Below, piece by piece: positions 61,708 through 64,000 of a stretch of 64,000 bases of DNA. The notes below the pieces were generated by a model. That model searched no databases, was not told the origin of the DNA, and was given only the letters and a program-made list of their open reading frames with translations. Both the position numbers and the translations under genes were made by a program. This DNA is from Styela clava (lineage: Eukaryota), in assembly GCF_964204865.1 (NCBI RefSeq), contig NC_135256.1:12834001-12898000 (forward strand). Direction: 5' to 3'. Within the stretch, counting starts at the first letter, position 1; every line of letters starts with the position of its first letter.

Positions 61708-61885
61708 GGGATGTGGTTGAAACCGTCCTGATTGCCAGAAATCAAACGAAAGAAATCCTTCGACAATCACTGAGGAAGAAAATCGATTCTCGTTCCTTGA
61801 AATCGTCTATGTCTGCACTTGATCGTTTATTTCGATCTTTAGATATTCAAGCCACTCCGGAAGATGTTAAGAAGGCATTCAATAG
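61708..61885 (+). CDS. GPC5: Glypican-3/5 family, coding exon 3; gene continues beyond the window
   Basis: TTTTTCAG acceptor, phase 1 in, AG|GTAGGT phase 2 out. Reads GDVVETVLIARNQTKEILRQSLRKKIDSRSLKSSMSALDRLFRSLDIQATPEDVKKAFN. The AxNxT sequon matches the GPC3/5 AxNYT position, and the frame joins exon 2. Confidence 0.78.
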
Positions 61886-64000
61886 GTAGGTGTCTCCATA
61901 CGGTAAACAAAATGCATATTATTTAAAGTGTATGTATGAAGCATATGATAAATTAATGGTAGGAAAGTGTTTCGTACAATAAATCTGAGAACAGTTTATT
62001 ATTTACAACACCGTGGCCTGATATATTCCATACAGCGAAGCCAACAAAACTTGAAATTGATACTTTTAGCCTGGTAATATTATAAATATTGAACCGTTTC
62101 ATTTTGTATATACGATAGGGGAGTAATATTTTCGAACATTTTAAAAATCATTTGATTATTTTAAAATTATTGTTTGTCACCCGGTTTCTAGTCGTATAGT
62201 TTGGGGCTGGGCTAGTGTTAAGTTGCCATAGACAGGCAACTTTTTAATTCCAGTGAGTATTTTGCTTATAATCATATTGGTAATAGATTTTATTCGTCAC
62301 TTTATTAATATTATTGTTGTTCACGTACGTTTAATCGCCTGCAAAACTCACTTGCAAGGGACGGCAGGCAATTCCGTTTGTCAATCGAGGTGCTCAAGTA
62401 TTTTTATTATTAAACGTCCCAAAGCGTTCTCGTGGCTTAATGATTTTAATTAGATACAGGACGACCTAATGATTTTTCGCTTTCATCGCCCTTGTCTCTT
62501 CACAAAATAAAGTTGATCACGAGCAACCACGTCCCAAGTGTAAACCATACAAAATTTAGCAGCCAGGCTGAGGATTATAATACATCCTAGCATGATCAAG
62601 CTTTAATGAACGGCATACCAATTTGTGACGCGTAGTATGGATAATTGCGAAAATTAATTTCGTGAAAGATGACAAGACATTGTCATCAAGTCTGTTTTGA
62701 GGCCAACAAAATCCTCTGACGATGGACAAATGCTCCCTGGACACTGACAAAGGTCAATGGGGAAGCGCGAGTTCCGTGTGACTTGTGGTTGGCGGTTTCG
62801 GGTGTAGTTGTGTAAAACCACATGAATAACTTCATATGAAAATATTTGTAAATACTTTGTATCATGTCATTGTAATATTTGAATACAAGTTCATATTAAA
62901 AATATGAAGCTAAATAGAAACGGATGAAATATATCAGAGGCAATAAGAATTGGCTCCAAACTTTCGCCCATTTAAAAGATTTGACCTTTCTGTTTTGAAA
63001 CAAAAATACAAAGGGTTATGCCATTACAACACTTCAATTTTCATATATTGAATTGAATTAACCAGTCTAGTAGAACATACCATCATTTTAAATACTGTCA
63101 TCTGCTCTTGGCTATTGATAAATAGCGCGCCCGCGGCTGTTACATCTGCCCTATTTTTGAAGGCTTTGCCAGAAAATGTTCCAAGCCAAGAGAGGATTAC
63201 ATTTAGCCATGTGTACGGCCGCTCAATAACTTCAAATACATATTTTAGCGATGGTATATGACGAAATGGAACTTGTCACCCTTGTCACATTGCATCTCCG
63301 ACTAATGACTTGAATCTGGTCAGAATCCACGTTACAAAATAACGCGAATTTCTTGTGACGATAAGTAGATTTCCCACCGGGACGATCTGTGTCATATCAT
63401 GTCAAGAGCGTGAGTACGTGATGTCGAAAGACAAATCATGGTTTAATCATCTCATAGATTCTCCTTGGTCAAATGTGGCAAACCGATAATTTAAGCAACA
63501 AGCGCGGTATTTCTCGTAGGCCAATCTGCGCCATACCATATTTTGATGTTATTTTGGGAAACTTATCGCGGTTTTCAGTATTCGACTGATGTCTTTCACA
63601 GCCACAAAGTTGGAAGTTAACCAAATCCCTTGTGACGAACATTATATAATGTCATTTAAAAGTCATGGTCGTGTCTGTACACACACTACTCAAGAGTGGG
63701 AATGACATACAAACTGTTCCTAAGAAGGATAATTTTTAAACAAATCGATGACGTATCGGTAAAATATTTTTAGCTACTTGGTTGTGAACATTTCTTGATT
63801 TTGATCGTTTTAGCTTAGGTGACTTTATTCGGAGATAATATCAAAAATCGGCAATTTGGTAAAATATCTCTAAACTGGATAAACAAAATGTCTCTATTTA
63901 TTTAAAATAATCAGTTTGTTCTCATTAGTGTTCAATATTTGAAGCTGAAATAACGGAAAATTAAACCGAGTAATGTGCAATTAAGGTGAATTATATTCTT

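Noticed and set aside
61708-61885. Exon as an EF-hand fragment or a further exon of the SHD genes
   Set aside because: Phase, position and the AxNxT motif fit glypican exon 3 better, and no EF-hand loop is present.

Overview
AT-rich, intron-containing animal genomic DNA. It looks like an invertebrate chordate (the repeat landscape is ascidian-like), but the species cannot be established from this window. All recognisable genes are on the + strand, in this order. (1) The last coding exon of MCM7 (1603-1816), preceded by an intron holding a 1254-bp non-autonomous hAT-type element nested inside a MITE. (2) Gene A, which the ORF track does not show as a whole: 6239-6345, 7888-8042, 8674-8730, 8985-10864, about 732 aa. 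It encodes an N-terminal Slp-homology (Rab27-binding) domain without zinc finger, followed by an acidic disordered tail. (3) Gene B, a tandem paralogue with the same four-exon plan: 14828-14940, 16154-16308, 17118-17168, and a 15.8-kb terminal exon at about 17604-33397, about 5370 aa. The giant exon carries a three-level nested repeat array (51 aa, about 279 aa, about 834 aa) with periodic polybasic clusters. (4) A 2.76-kb ORF (33737-36498) with a phase-compatible splice acceptor, probably an alternative terminal exon of gene B. (5) The first three coding exons of a glypican-3/5 gene (43181-43343, 50735-50899, 61708-61885), which continues beyond the window. Best novelty candidates are the duplicated exophilin-5/Slac2-like Rab-effector locus with its giant repeat exon and swappable tails, and the MCM7-glypican-3/5 linkage that mirrors the vertebrate miR-17/92 paralogon. 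Gene models were assembled by eye from splice signals and phase consistency and need transcript confirmation.
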